From positions 1-58,539 of the forward strand of contig JAFURS010000040.1 in NCBI GenBank assembly GCA_017471805.1: a stretch of DNA of 58,539 nucleotides, in the 5' to 3' direction. Below the pieces are notes generated by a model, which saw only the letters and a program-made list of their open reading frames with translations, was not told the DNA's origin and made no database searches. Position numbers and translations under genes: made by a program. This DNA comes from Alphaproteobacteria bacterium. Lineage in GTDB: Bacteria; Pseudomonadota; Alphaproteobacteria; Rs-D84. Below are positions 8,000-18,909 of the stretch, in pieces. Position 1 is the first letter of the stretch. Each line of letters opens with the position of its first letter.

Positions 8000-10306
8000 T
8001 TAGCCTGCAATAATATGCCGCTTATTATTTGCGTCCGGCTCTGACAAGATACCGTCTTGCTCCATACGCTCAATCAAACCTGCCGCTTTATTATACCCAA
8101 TACCCAAACGTCGTTGCAGATATGAAATCGTTGGCTTTTTATCACGAATAACAATCTCTTTGGCCTGCTCATACAGGTCGCCCCCCTTACCACCGGCACC
8201 ACCACCTGAAATTGCCCCTGGCATACCTGGGAATCCGCCTGAATCATCGCCATCTGTGACCCCTTCGGCATACTCTGGTTCACCCTGACTACGCCAATGG
8301 TCGCCAATCTTGTTTAATTCTTCGTCGCTTATATACGCCCCGTGAATACGAACCGCCGGATGTCCACCTTCACTAAACAACATATCCCCCATCGCCAGCA
8401 ACTGTTCTGCCCCCGTTGCCCCCAATGTTGTCATACTGTCGATACGGCTTGCCGCCTGGAACGAAACACGTGTTGGGAAATTAGCCTTGATAACGCCGGT
8501 AATAATCGTCGCATCAGGTCGCTGGGTCGCCATAATCAGGTGGATACCTGCCGCACGGGCCTTTTGTGCAATACGTTGCACAGATAATTCAACTTCTTTG
8601 CGTGCAACCGCCATCAGGTCTGCCACCTCGTCAATAATAATGACCAAGAACGGCATATCTGACAAATCAACTTCCTGTGTTTCAAAAATCAACTCGCCTG
8701 TTTCTGGGTCTGTTCCAACCGGCACCTGATTAGTCACTTTTTCGCCTGCGGCACGTTTTTGCGCAACAATTTCATTATAACTTTCTATATTACGTGCATT
8801 TAATACACGCAACTGCTTGAATCTTTCTTCCATTTCACGCACCGCCCATTTCAGTGCGTTAATTGCCGCCTGTGGGTCCGCCTTTACAATCGGTGTAATC
8901 AGGTGTGGAATATTATCCCAGAACACAAAATCAACACCCTTGGGGTCAACAATCATCAACTTGCATTTATCTGGTGTAAAATGATAAACAATCGACGTGA
9001 TAATAGATTGCACAAACACCGATTTACCCGACCCAGTTCGCCCTGCGATTAACATATGCGGCATTTTTGCCAAATCAAAATACATTGGATTTCCGCCGAT
9101 ATTAACCCCCAACGCCAACGGTATTTTATACTTTGAATTTACAAACAAATCATCTTCCATCAACGACCGATAGCGCACCATTTGACGTTCCAAATTCGCA
9201 ACCTCGACCCCCAAATAATTAGACTTTGGCAATTGCGATATACGGAATTTCTCCACCGCCATTGCACGTGTCATATCCCTATTTGTCTTTTCGATATCAA
9301 CAATCTTCTGTCCTGGTGCAGGTTCAAATTCATACAACGTCACCACCGGCCCTGGCTTAATCGCAACAACCCGTCCCTCAACACCATATTCTGCGAAATG
9401 CGTTTCCATTGCCCGTGCATTTTGCTTTAATTCTGGGGTCACAACATATTTTGCCGCCGCAGACTTTTCCAACAAACGTGGATCTGGCAACTGGTATCCA
9501 GACGACACAGCCCGCACCCGTTTTGGCGCGACAACCGGCACAACCGCAGCCGCCTTGGGCGCATTTTGAACCTTTTGTATTCGCCGTCCTAATAAACCAC
9601 GTTTTGGTTTTTCCTGAACAGGTTCATCTGGGGCAACATCTTCTGCCTCTACATCACTACTCTCGACCACGGCAAAATCACCATCACGCACATCCTGCAC
9701 CGCCCCTGCACTTCGTGGCGACACCAGATGGAACGCCGCCCCAACCCAACGCAACCAACGCACAAACATACGAATTGCCGCCTTAACGTGGGCCCAACGA
9801 ACGTGCAAAATCACGCCCCCCATCCAAAAGAACGCAACCATACACAAAATTCCAACAATCGGCGCCATTGCCCCCAACAATTGCGCTAAATCCATTGCCG
9901 CAATTGCCCCAAACAGACCACCATACACTGCCTTTTGCGAAACCAAGCCAAATCCCGTCGCCCCCAAACAAACCGCAATAAACCCACGCAAGAAATTATA
10001 TTCTGGTGTTGCGCCACAATCCAAACCAATTAACCGTGCCGCCCCCCAACGTGCCACGCATAACAGCACAAAAATCCCTGGAATTGTTCCGATGGCATAA
10101 CGCAACGCCCCCACACACCATCCCATAACCGAATGACTACCAAATGTGCTGGCCACACCAAACCCATCCAAATACGGATTAAAGAACACCAACACCCCCA
10201 GGGCCCACAACGCCACCGCCAAAACGACCGCCCCAACAAATCGCTTTAACAGACTTCTCAGTGCATCTGCCACACTGCCCGGTAAAAATCTAGAATTTCC
10301 TGCCAT
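8000..10306 (-). CDS. ftsK: DNA translocase FtsK
   Basis: N-terminal TM segments, Walker A GRTGSGKS, Walker B IIIDEVAD, ATQRP, gamma domain ISYLQRRLGIGYNKAA. Confidence 0.97.
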   Translation of the reverse strand: MAGNSRFLPGSVADALRSLLKRFVGAVVLAVALWALGVLVFFNPYLDGFGVASTFGSHSVMGWCVGALRYAIGTIPGIFVLLCVARWGAARLIGLDCGATPEYNFLRGFIAVCLGATGFGLVSQKAVYGGLFGAIAAMDLAQLLGAMAPIVGILCMVAFFWMGGVILHVRWAHVKAAIRMFVRWLRWVGAAFHLVSPRSAGAVQDVRDGDFAVVESSDVEAEDVAPDEPVQEKPKRGLLGRRIQKVQNAPKAAAVVPVVAPKRVRAVSSGYQLPDPRLLEKSAAAKYVVTPELKQNARAMETHFAEYGVEGRVVAIKPGPVVTLYEFEPAPGQKIVDIEKTNRDMTRAMAVEKFRISQLPKSNYLGVEVANLERQMVRYRSLMEDDLFVNSKYKIPLALGVNIGGNPMYFDLAKMPHMLIAGRTGSGKSVFVQSIITSIVYHFTPDKCKLMIVDPKGVDFVFWDNIPHLITPIVKADPQAAINALKWAVREMEERFKQLRVLNARNIESYNEIVAQKRAAGEKVTNQVPVGTDPETGELIFETQEVDLSDMPFLVIIIDEVADLMAVARKEVELSVQRIAQKARAAGIHLIMATQRPDATIITGVIKANFPTRVSFQAASRIDSMTTLGATGAEQLLAMGDMLFSEGGHPAVRIHGAYISDEELNKIGDHWRSQGEPEYAEGVTDGDDSGGFPGMPGAISGGGAGGKGGDLYEQAKEIVIRDKKPTISYLQRRLGIGYNKAAGLIERMEQDGILSEPDANNKRHIIAG

Positions 10307-10369
10307 AACGAATATATTTTATCATAAAATTCATAAAAAATCAGGCGATAAATTTTACCGCCTGCATTT

Positions 10370-11050
10370 TTATTTTTTCAGCAACATTCCCTTAACAATA
10401 TCAGCAACCACCATACCGATAAAGGCCCCCAAGATAACATCACTTGGCCAATGCGCCCCTATTGCGACACGTGACAGACCAATAATAATCGCCACGGTCC
10501 ACGTCAACGGCTTGTATTTTGGTGCCAACATTCCAATCATAACCAGTCCTGCAAAACTAATTGCTGTATGTCCCGATGGCATTGAATTAAACGCCCAATC
10601 AAACGACGGCGGAAAGAAACCGGTCATATCTAATGCTTCAAAAAATATAGGTCTGGCCCGTCCAATTAACGTCTTTAAAACCTTAACAACAATCCCTGTT
10701 GTCAAAACGCTGTAAAATATCAAAAACGCAGTATTAGTTTTTGTATTTACGAAAAAGTTGCGCACAAAACCCCAAATCTTAGACAACTTTGTGCATTTCA
10801 AAAAATTACAATCTGTTTTTACGCACTTTTTGACACAAAAAACCATTGCTGCTACAAACGAAGAAAAAATCCACACTTTTCCTGAAAAAATCTGATCAAT
10901 CCAATACCACAACCGACAATCATATTCACGCAAGAACAAGAACAACGGCTTATCAAACCACAAAACCCCACCAAAAACCAACAGACCAGTTATCAGTGCC
11001 GCCCACATCATTTTGCGCCATTTAATAATATTATCATTTGTTAAAAACAT
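10370..11050 (-). CDS. PAP2-family membrane phosphatase (LpxE/PgpB-like)
   Basis: K-x6-RP, PSGH and SR-x5-HWPSD motifs; several TM helices. Start uncertain (11050 or 11083). Confidence 0.88.
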   Translation of the reverse strand: MFLTNDNIIKWRKMMWAALITGLLVFGGVLWFDKPLFLFLREYDCRLWYWIDQIFSGKVWIFSSFVAAMVFCVKKCVKTDCNFLKCTKLSKIWGFVRNFFVNTKTNTAFLIFYSVLTTGIVVKVLKTLIGRARPIFFEALDMTGFFPPSFDWAFNSMPSGHTAISFAGLVMIGMLAPKYKPLTWTVAIIIGLSRVAIGAHWPSDVILGAFIGMVVADIVKGMLLKK

Positions 11051-11072
11051 AACCCACACCCTTGTTTTTAGA

Positions 11073-12578
11073 TTATTCTGCAATCAACCTATTATAAACT
11101 TTTTTATCGGTCAAAATCTTCACAGACACTGCCGTTGCGACCGCATCTTCATCGACCCCACTCGTTATAACTGGGCAACCACTGCGAATATCCTCAGGAC
11201 TAACTTCCATATTTTTATTAAAATCCTTGGCATTAAAATCATTATTTATAACATTCAAGAAAAAAGCATTCTGTTGCTGATTTGTCCGGATATTAGACAG
11301 ACACACAATTGGGAACAATCCCCGCCCATCTATTTTACGCCCCTGCCCCGTCTTAATAGACTTATTCAGCAATTCCAATGCCCCACCATTATTCAAGTCT
11401 ATTACAGATGCAATTCTTGCATTTCCGGCTGTTGGTGTCCCGACCAGCACCCCACGACCATTTTCATAAAACGTCGCAACCAGTGCCTCGGCCGTTCCCC
11501 GTGTTTGATTTGACATCAAAACCACCACCGGCACATCAGTCACCGCATCACCACCTGGAACAACTTCGACTTCGTCCTTGGCAGTCTCGACAATACGCAT
11601 TACCGGCACCTGTCCTGCGAACAAGCCACCTAATTTTGCCGCCGCCCGTTCATCATCACCGGTTGCCGCCCGCAAATCCAGTATAATACCCGTCACATCA
11701 GGATATCGTGCCAATGCCTCGTTCACAATTGCCACCGCCCCATCAGACACCTTATGCACAACTATTTCCAGCAAGCCACCTGTTGGGTCTGCCCTATGCA
11801 CAACGTCCGCATCTGCCAATACAATTGTTGCCCGGCGTAACACCACATCTTTGTCACCATACGGGGTTAACAGTTTAATCTTCGACGTCCCTGAATTAAA
11901 CCCGGTCATAACCGCCGCCAATTCTGCATCAGACATATCCCGCACCAACTGTCCATTTATCTGTGCGATTAAATCCCCTGCCCGAATACCTGCATTATCG
12001 GCCGGTGCGCCTTTATAAATCCCTGTCACACGGAAATTACCACGTTCATCACGCACACCTTCTATTCCAACACTGGTCAAAATTCTGCCATCTTCGGCAA
12101 TTTCTGCCGCCTTGGAAAAGACATAGCGTCCATTTTCATCAACCCCACGTATCAGACTATCAACAACAACCTGATACATTTCACTTTCCGACAAACCACG
12201 TAACCCAGGGTCATACGCCCGCATTTTCAAAATCAAGGCCGTTGTAATTTCGCCAAAACCATTCCAATCTTTTGGCTCTGGCCGTGGAAAATTCGCCACA
12301 ATAGAATCATCCCACACCAAAACAACACGTTCATCAGTTGCAGCAATATGCGCAGATTTATTCAGATTTTCCAGACTTTCAATTGCCACATTCAGATTTT
12401 TCCCAGCCCAATTTACATCATCTAACTTCTGATAAATTTCTGCAAATGTCTTTGAAACCTCGAAAACGGGCAATCCATCTTGGATTGGTTCATCTTCAAA
12501 AAACAGGCTTTCCGCAACAGACGGCTGTGCCACCCCCAGGGCAATAAGTATAAAACACAAGAATTTTTTTAAACTCAT
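11073..12578 (-). CDS. S41/CtpA-like periplasmic PDZ protein lacking the catalytic Ser and Lys
   Basis: Signal peptide; PDZ (APADNAGIRAGDLI); ILDLR; TRGTAE in place of SASASE and TAGNA in place of TFGKG. Confidence 0.85.
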   Translation of the reverse strand: MSLKKFLCFILIALGVAQPSVAESLFFEDEPIQDGLPVFEVSKTFAEIYQKLDDVNWAGKNLNVAIESLENLNKSAHIAATDERVVLVWDDSIVANFPRPEPKDWNGFGEITTALILKMRAYDPGLRGLSESEMYQVVVDSLIRGVDENGRYVFSKAAEIAEDGRILTSVGIEGVRDERGNFRVTGIYKGAPADNAGIRAGDLIAQINGQLVRDMSDAELAAVMTGFNSGTSKIKLLTPYGDKDVVLRRATIVLADADVVHRADPTGGLLEIVVHKVSDGAVAIVNEALARYPDVTGIILDLRAATGDDERAAAKLGGLFAGQVPVMRIVETAKDEVEVVPGGDAVTDVPVVVLMSNQTRGTAEALVATFYENGRGVLVGTPTAGNARIASVIDLNNGGALELLNKSIKTGQGRKIDGRGLFPIVCLSNIRTNQQQNAFFLNVINNDFNAKDFNKNMEVSPEDIRSGCPVITSGVDEDAVATAVSVKILTDKKVYNRLIAE

Positions 12579-12607
12579 AACATCCCCCCTGGTTGTGGCC
12601 CGGCCTT

Positions 12608-13474
12608 TTATTTATTATCAGAATCACGCAAATTAAAGTGATACAGCATAATATTAGAAACATAAATACTGGTGAACGTTCCCATAATTACACTGAAACC
12701 CATTGCATACGCAAATTCACGCAGTATTTGTCCCCCAAATATCGACAATCCGACCATTGCCAACAACGTTGAAACACTGGTTAACATTGTTCGACGCAGC
12801 ATTTCATTAACTGACAAATCGATTAAATCCCCCATTGGCATCTTGTGGTATTTTTTCACATTTTCGTCAATTCTGTCATAGTTAACAATCTTGTCGTTTA
12901 TCGAATAACCAATACCGGTCAAAATAACTGCAATTGCCGTCTGATTAAATTCCAACCCTGTAATTGAAAAGAACCCGAACATCAACACAAAGTCCAAGAA
13001 TAACGAACAAAACGCCCCAACGGCATATCCACCCTTGTATCGAATCCAAACATAGATAGCCATCATAATGAACGCAAACAAGATTGCCAAAATACCGCCA
13101 CGCACCAATTCGCCGCCAATTTTTGGTCCAACGACCTGGACTTGTTCGTATTCAACCTTGTCGCCCAAGATATTTTTAATCTGTGCCACACGTTCGTTTT
13201 GCGCTGCATCAGTCGCCCCTTTTGGCAACCCCAGACGAATTAAAATTGCATTACCATCAACTGCCTGCAATTCTGGATTAAATTCGGCCAACGCATCACG
13301 CATTTGTTCAACACCATAATCTTGAACAACCGGCTTAACTTCCATCGCAATCCCGCCCGAGAAGTCAATTCCATAATTCAACCCCCGCACCAACAGCGAC
13401 AACACCGACAACAAAATCAAGGCCCCCGAAACGATATAAGACACCTTGCGATATTTCATAATATGCAGTTTCAT
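12608..13474 (-). CDS. secF: protein translocase subunit SecF
   Basis: GLNYGIDFSGG, VGPKIG, GYSINDKIV, RTMLTS motifs. Confidence 0.95.
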   Translation of the reverse strand: MKLHIMKYRKVSYIVSGALILLSVLSLLVRGLNYGIDFSGGIAMEVKPVVQDYGVEQMRDALAEFNPELQAVDGNAILIRLGLPKGATDAAQNERVAQIKNILGDKVEYEQVQVVGPKIGGELVRGGILAILFAFIMMAIYVWIRYKGGYAVGAFCSLFLDFVLMFGFFSITGLEFNQTAIAVILTGIGYSINDKIVNYDRIDENVKKYHKMPMGDLIDLSVNEMLRRTMLTSVSTLLAMVGLSIFGGQILREFAYAMGFSVIMGTFTSIYVSNIMLYHFNLRDSDNK

Positions 13475-13494
13475 AACACTACCCCTTTGCACTC

Positions 13495-15057
13495 TTATTT
13501 TTTACCACCGACAAAACTAATTTTTTTGTTTTTGCCGTTCATATACCAATCAACCAACACACGGGTCAGCCACACACAGGTGAACAATGTTGTCAAAATA
13601 CCAATCGACAAAGTCACTGCGAACCCACGAATTGGTCCTGCACCGAACTGGAACAATACCAACCCACAAATCAAGGTCGTCAAATTTCCGTCTAAAACCG
13701 CCTTCATCGCACGATCAAACCCCAGATTTACCGCACGCAACGGCGGTGTTCCTGTCCGCACTTCGTCACGAATACGTTCAAACGGCAACACATTTGCGTC
13801 CACCGCCATCCCCAGCGTCAAAACAATACCTGCGATACCTGGCAATGTTAACGTTGCACCGAACAGGGCCGTCAATCCTACAATCATTCCCAAATTAACC
13901 ATCAGCGAAATCATTGCGATTATGCCGAACCCACGATACACCATCAGCAAAAATATAAAGATAAATATAACACCTGCAATGGCACCAATTTTACCACCTG
14001 CAATTGTATCTGCCCCCAAACCAGCACCAACTGTGCGTTCTTCGATAACCTGTAATGGGGCTGGCAATGCACCACTGCGCAGCAGAACGGCCAAATCCTT
14101 TGCCCCCTGCAATGAAAAGCCACCTGAAATCTGACCACGTCCACCCGGGATTGGTTCACGGATTGTTGGCGCAGACAAAACCTTGCCGTCTAAAACAATT
14201 GCAAACCGTTCGTTCACGTGTTCTGTTGTCAACTTTGCAAATCTACGTGCGCCCGATGCATCGAACACAGTCGTCACAACCGGCATATTATTTTGGTCAA
14301 AATCCGCCTGTGAATCCTTTAACGATTCCCCTGAAACCTCAACACGGGAATATACCGGCACAACCGAGCCTGGTGCATCTATATACGGTAAAAATTCTGT
14401 TCCATTTGGCGCACGTCCTGACTGAATCTGTTCTGGCGACACAGACTCATTAACCAAATGGAATGTCATTTTCGCCGTCTGTCCAATCAAATCCTTGATA
14501 CGTTCTGGATTATCAACCCCCGGCAACTGAACCAAGATATATTTTCCGCCCTGACTTTGAATCGACGGTTCTTTTGTTCCCAATGCGTCGATACGACGAC
14601 GAACGATTTCAATACTGCGTGCCAACGCATCTTGAATCATTTCTTCTTTTTGCTTTTCCGAATAAGACAACTTTATCGTTTTGCCATCTGATTCAATATC
14701 GACCGTATTTCCGAACGCACTTTTCAAGCGTCCTTTTGCATCCCCCACTTCGTCTTCATTACGCACCACCAGCGACACAACACCATCACTATTGCGCAGA
14801 TTTGAAAAACGAATAACCCCTTTATTTCTGTCAATCAACGACGAACGGGTTTCTTCATATAACTGCTGTGTTTTTTCCTGCATCATTGTTGTGGTATCAA
14901 CTTCTAACAACAACTGGGCCCCGCCCTTCAAATCCAACCCCAACGGCACCGGCTCAATCCACGACGGAAAATAAGGCGACAATTTTGGCACCATTGTTGG
15001 CACCGCCAGCAACACACAAAACACCGCCACAAAAACGATTGCTAACTTCTTAAACAT
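13495..15057 (-). CDS. secD: protein translocase subunit SecD
   Basis: LGLDLKGG, RRIDALG, LRSGALP, GMAVDANV motifs. Confidence 0.97.
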   Translation of the reverse strand: MFKKLAIVFVAVFCVLLAVPTMVPKLSPYFPSWIEPVPLGLDLKGGAQLLLEVDTTTMMQEKTQQLYEETRSSLIDRNKGVIRFSNLRNSDGVVSLVVRNEDEVGDAKGRLKSAFGNTVDIESDGKTIKLSYSEKQKEEMIQDALARSIEIVRRRIDALGTKEPSIQSQGGKYILVQLPGVDNPERIKDLIGQTAKMTFHLVNESVSPEQIQSGRAPNGTEFLPYIDAPGSVVPVYSRVEVSGESLKDSQADFDQNNMPVVTTVFDASGARRFAKLTTEHVNERFAIVLDGKVLSAPTIREPIPGGRGQISGGFSLQGAKDLAVLLRSGALPAPLQVIEERTVGAGLGADTIAGGKIGAIAGVIFIFIFLLMVYRGFGIIAMISLMVNLGMIVGLTALFGATLTLPGIAGIVLTLGMAVDANVLPFERIRDEVRTGTPPLRAVNLGFDRAMKAVLDGNLTTLICGLVLFQFGAGPIRGFAVTLSIGILTTLFTCVWLTRVLVDWYMNGKNKKISFVGGKK

Positions 15058-15075
15058 AATTATTACCCTTTCTGT

Positions 15076-15390
15076 TTATTCTACGGACGCTACTGCGTTT
15101 TTATTTACTTCGACCACAACGCCTTTGGCGATTTCGACTTCTATTGTTTTTTCGTTAACCTTTTTAATTTCACCATAAATCCCAGCGGCCATCACTCGAT
15201 TACCGACCTGCAACGAATCCAGCATTTTCTGATATTCTGCCATACGCTTTTTATTAGGGCGCACCATAAACAAATAGATAATTCCGAACACCACAACGCA
15301 ATACAACAGCATTCCCATAAATCCCCCTTGCTGTGTAGCCTCTGGCGCAGTTTGAACAACGTTTTCTACAACATTAACAGTTTGTTCCAT
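15076..15390 (-). CDS. yajC: preprotein translocase subunit YajC
   Basis: Single TM, RPNKKR, LQVGNRV..GIYG; directly upstream of secD. Confidence 0.93.
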   Translation of the reverse strand: MEQTVNVVENVVQTAPEATQQGGFMGMLLYCVVVFGIIYLFMVRPNKKRMAEYQKMLDSLQVGNRVMAAGIYGEIKKVNEKTIEVEIAKGVVVEVNKNAVASVE

Positions 15391-15462
15391 AACAATTCTC
15401 CTTACTTTAATACCCAGACATTAGTAAATCAGACCATAAAAGTAAAGAAAAAATACATTTTT

Positions 15463-17238
15463 CTACAAACGTTCGAACCAAGTATCCATTTCTGATATTG
15501 GGATAAATTTATAGACGGGCCGTCCGTGATTACATTGCCCTGCCCGTTCTGTTTTTTCGATATCCCGCAAAAGAGCATCCATTTGAACCACATCTAACTT
15601 TTGCCCGGCCCGCACAGAATGATGACAGGCATAATTTGCCAATTTCAGATGTAATTTTTCACTCAGTTGCGACGAATGACCATTTTCCCGCACTTCATCA
15701 GCCACCGCCCGCAGGACATCATCCCAATTCAAATCCCAATCGGCTGGTTTTTCAAATATTGCGATTGCCTTATCACCAAACGCATCCACCACCAGACCCG
15801 ACTTTTTCAATTCATCTGCAATATCAACAATTGCCCCCACATCTTCTTCACGCATATTAACCACAATTGGTGTTAACAGGGGTTGAGTCTTGATTTTATT
15901 AGTCCGCAACTTTTCATACGTAATCCGTTCGTGTGCAGCGTGTTGGTCAACCACCACCATATTATCCCCCTTTTGTGCGATAATATATTTGTTTCCGACC
16001 TGTCCAACGACCCGCCCCAACGGCAAATCAACCACTATTGTATTATCGATTCTAGGGTCTGCACCCCCTTCATCTGGCACTTCAATCTTGTTTGCTGCAA
16101 TAACATTGCGCAACAAATCATCATTAACCTGAAAAGACTCTTTTCTAATACCAAAATCAAATTTCACAGGCGCCTGACGTGGAACCGACGAACTTGCAAA
16201 CACCCGCTGCGCTTGGGATTGCGGAGCCGCTGGCACATCTGCTGGCCCCGATACCTTGGGGGCAAGCATTGTCTGCGCCAACCTATCCCGCAAAGTCTTG
16301 ATAATAAACGACCGCACGTGTCCAGGCTCTAAAAAATGCACTTCTGTTTTGGCGGGCGACACATTAACGTCCACCGTATTTGTCGGCACGGTCAAATACA
16401 GCGCACACAGCGGAAATTCACGTGCGTGCATAACATCCATATACGCTGCCCGCAACGCCCCAACTAAAACCTTGTCCTTGACGGGTCGTCCATTAACAAA
16501 CAAATACTGATCCACACTTGACGCCCGTCGCAACGTAGGTTCTGAAATAAATCCCGCCAAACGCATCCCCGTTGATGATTTAGATTCCGCATCCACCTCT
16601 AACATACGGTCACGCACATCTTCGCCCATAACCGAAACAATACGTTCAATTAAATCCTCGTTTTTCTGGAATCGCCACTTGTTATTCAGAACGAACCCAA
16701 CATCAGACCGTGCCATTGCCAACCGCTTTACCACGTCCAGCACCGACATCATCTCGGCCCGGTCCCCACGCAAGAACTTTAACCGTGCCGGTGTCTTGGC
16801 GAACAAATTACGCACCCGAATCCGTGTTCCCGCCTCCCAGTCAGATGGTTTCACTTCCCCTGTTGTTGCATCTATCTGCCAGCCATTTTCATCCATCCCA
16901 TTACAAGTATCGATTGTCATATCAGACACAGACGCAATTGACGGCAAGGCTTCGCCCCGAAAGCCCATAAAATTTATATTCAACAAATCATCATCCGGCA
17001 GTTTTGATGTTGCGTGTCGTGTGATTGCCCGCCTTAAATCATCACACCCCATACCGCAACCATTATCTATGACACTAATCAGGGTTCGTCCACCATCAAC
17101 GACATCGACCATAATCTGGTCAGCCCCCGCATCCAGCGCATTTTCGACCAACTCTTTGACGACACTGGCAGGCCGTTCAACCACTTCACCGGCGGCAATT
17201 TGATTTATTAAATAGTCTGGCAACACCCGAACAGCCAT
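15463..17238 (-). CDS. mutL: DNA mismatch repair endonuclease MutL
   Basis: NQIAAGEVVERP, GFRGEAL, DQHAAHERITYE, ACH and CNHGRP motifs. Confidence 0.98.
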   Translation of the reverse strand: MAVRVLPDYLINQIAAGEVVERPASVVKELVENALDAGADQIMVDVVDGGRTLISVIDNGCGMGCDDLRRAITRHATSKLPDDDLLNINFMGFRGEALPSIASVSDMTIDTCNGMDENGWQIDATTGEVKPSDWEAGTRIRVRNLFAKTPARLKFLRGDRAEMMSVLDVVKRLAMARSDVGFVLNNKWRFQKNEDLIERIVSVMGEDVRDRMLEVDAESKSSTGMRLAGFISEPTLRRASSVDQYLFVNGRPVKDKVLVGALRAAYMDVMHAREFPLCALYLTVPTNTVDVNVSPAKTEVHFLEPGHVRSFIIKTLRDRLAQTMLAPKVSGPADVPAAPQSQAQRVFASSSVPRQAPVKFDFGIRKESFQVNDDLLRNVIAANKIEVPDEGGADPRIDNTIVVDLPLGRVVGQVGNKYIIAQKGDNMVVVDQHAAHERITYEKLRTNKIKTQPLLTPIVVNMREEDVGAIVDIADELKKSGLVVDAFGDKAIAIFEKPADWDLNWDDVLRAVADEVRENGHSSQLSEKLHLKLANYACHHSVRAGQKLDVVQMDALLRDIEKTERAGQCNHGRPVYKFIPISEMDTWFERL

Positions 17239-17251
17239 ATCAAAAATCCTA

Positions 17252-17749
17252 TTATTCTGATTTTTCTTCTATTTTCTCTTCATTTTTGAACGAAACCGAC
17301 AAAATTTCATATTCTTTTTCGCCACTTGGCAACCGCACGATACAGGTATCGCCCACACATCTTCCAATCATTGCCCGCCCAACCGGTGACGTGCAAGAAA
17401 TAACAGTGCGTCCATCTGATTCAACATCAGACAAAATTCTGCATTGTAATTTATTTCCATCTTCGTCTTCTGCGACCACCCGTGCGCCAAACAGCACCTT
17501 GTCCCCTGTCAAAGAATCCACATCTATAACATTTGCATTTTCAACAATCCCTTCCAGGAAACGAATACGGCTATCTATCTGACGTTGTTTTTCACGTGCC
17601 GCACTATAATCTGCATTTTCCGACAAATCCCCCAGCGACCGGGCCCACTGAACAGTTTTCAAAATTTCCGGCCGTTGATTTTCTTTTAAATCTCTCAGTT
17701 CTTTCAACAGGTTATCAAACCCTTCTCTTGAAATAGGCTTTTTTTCCAT
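17252..17749 (-). CDS. greA: transcription elongation factor GreA
   Basis: GDLSENADY and SPVGRAMIG motifs; start at ATG 17749. Confidence 0.95.
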   Translation of the reverse strand: MEKKPISREGFDNLLKELRDLKENQRPEILKTVQWARSLGDLSENADYSAAREKQRQIDSRIRFLEGIVENANVIDVDSLTGDKVLFGARVVAEDEDGNKLQCRILSDVESDGRTVISCTSPVGRAMIGRCVGDTCIVRLPSGEKEYEILSVSFKNEEKIEEKSE

Positions 17750-17799
17750 ATTATTCTTCCTATGTTTGTTCGGCAAAATTATAAGCAATCATTTTAATT

Positions 17800-17828
17800 T
17801 TGCAATTATGAATTTTACAAGGTATAGT
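17800..17828 (+). promoter_or_regulatory. sigma70 promoter of lptG (probably leaderless)
   Basis: TTGCAA-N17-TATAGT, 7 nt before the ATG, no SD. Confidence 0.6.
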
Positions 17829-17835
17829 ATTCATA

Positions 17836-18894
17836 ATGTTTAGGCAAAATATCTTAACTCGTTTTTTAATGCGCCGATTTTTTTCTGGCGTTGGTCTTGT
17901 AATGCTGATTGTGTGCGGCATTATTTTAGCGGTCACATTTGTTGAACGCCTGCCGTCAAACCCAAATGCCTTTGCCGCCCTTTACAAATCCTGGGTGCGC
18001 TTGCTTGAATACGTCCCACTATTTTTACCATTGGCCGTATTTATGGGAACACTACTGACGGCATATAATCTGACTAAATCCAGCGAAAGTATCATTGTAT
18101 CCAGTGCGGGCCTGTCCCCTTTTCAGTCGGCCCGTCCATTTCTAATTGGTGCATTTTTAATTGGCATTTTTGCAACAACGGTTATAAATCCCTATTCTGT
18201 GCATATCAGCACAAATGATATTACCCCTGATAAATTACAACTGATTGACGACACAATCTGGCTGCGTGAAGAATCCGCAAACGGCTATACCACAATGAAC
18301 GCCCACACAATGCACAAGGCTGGCGACATTTTAATATTTGAAAAGGCAACCGTTTACACCCAAACACCTGATTTCAAATTATCCAACCGGATTCAGGCGG
18401 ACACAATAACCCTATCCAACGACGGGCTTTCTGCCCACAATGCGTCCATCTGGGATTCCAACGGCAACATCCGCAAATCAGACTGGCACACAACAACATT
18501 ATTAACCCCCCAGACTGTTCTTGACCGCTATCTTCAACCCGACCAGATATCATTTTGGCAATTACCAGAATTTATTAAACGTATGGAAACAATTGGGATT
18601 CCTGTGCGTGGTCACCGTGTTCAACTATGGACATTGCTGTTCTTGCCACTAACAATGATTGCAATGGCGACACTTGGCGTTGCCTTTTCCCAGACCAAAC
18701 AACGTCGCAATTACAGTTTTGGTGTAAAATTCAGCCTGGGGATTATCACGTGCTTTGCGGTATATTTCCTGGTAAATATGTTTAATGCGATGGGCGCAAC
18801 TGGCGCATTACCACCAATGTTATCTATAATTGCCCCACCGCTGATTATTATTGCCGGTGCTGGAATATTTATAACCAGTTTTGATACAATCTAA
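17836..18894 (+). CDS. lptG: LPS export permease, LptF/LptG family
   Basis: 3+3 TM layout with a periplasmic beta domain; SSESIIVSSAGLS; IWLRE. Confidence 0.85.
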   Translation: MFRQNILTRFLMRRFFSGVGLVMLIVCGIILAVTFVERLPSNPNAFAALYKSWVRLLEYVPLFLPLAVFMGTLLTAYNLTKSSESIIVSSAGLSPFQSARPFLIGAFLIGIFATTVINPYSVHISTNDITPDKLQLIDDTIWLREESANGYTTMNAHTMHKAGDILIFEKATVYTQTPDFKLSNRIQADTITLSNDGLSAHNASIWDSNGNIRKSDWHTTTLLTPQTVLDRYLQPDQISFWQLPEFIKRMETIGIPVRGHRVQLWTLLFLPLTMIAMATLGVAFSQTKQRRNYSFGVKFSLGIITCFAVYFLVNMFNAMGATGALPPMLSIIAPPLIIIAGAGIFITSFDTI

Positions 18895-18909
18895 CCAACG
18901 GAATACGAT

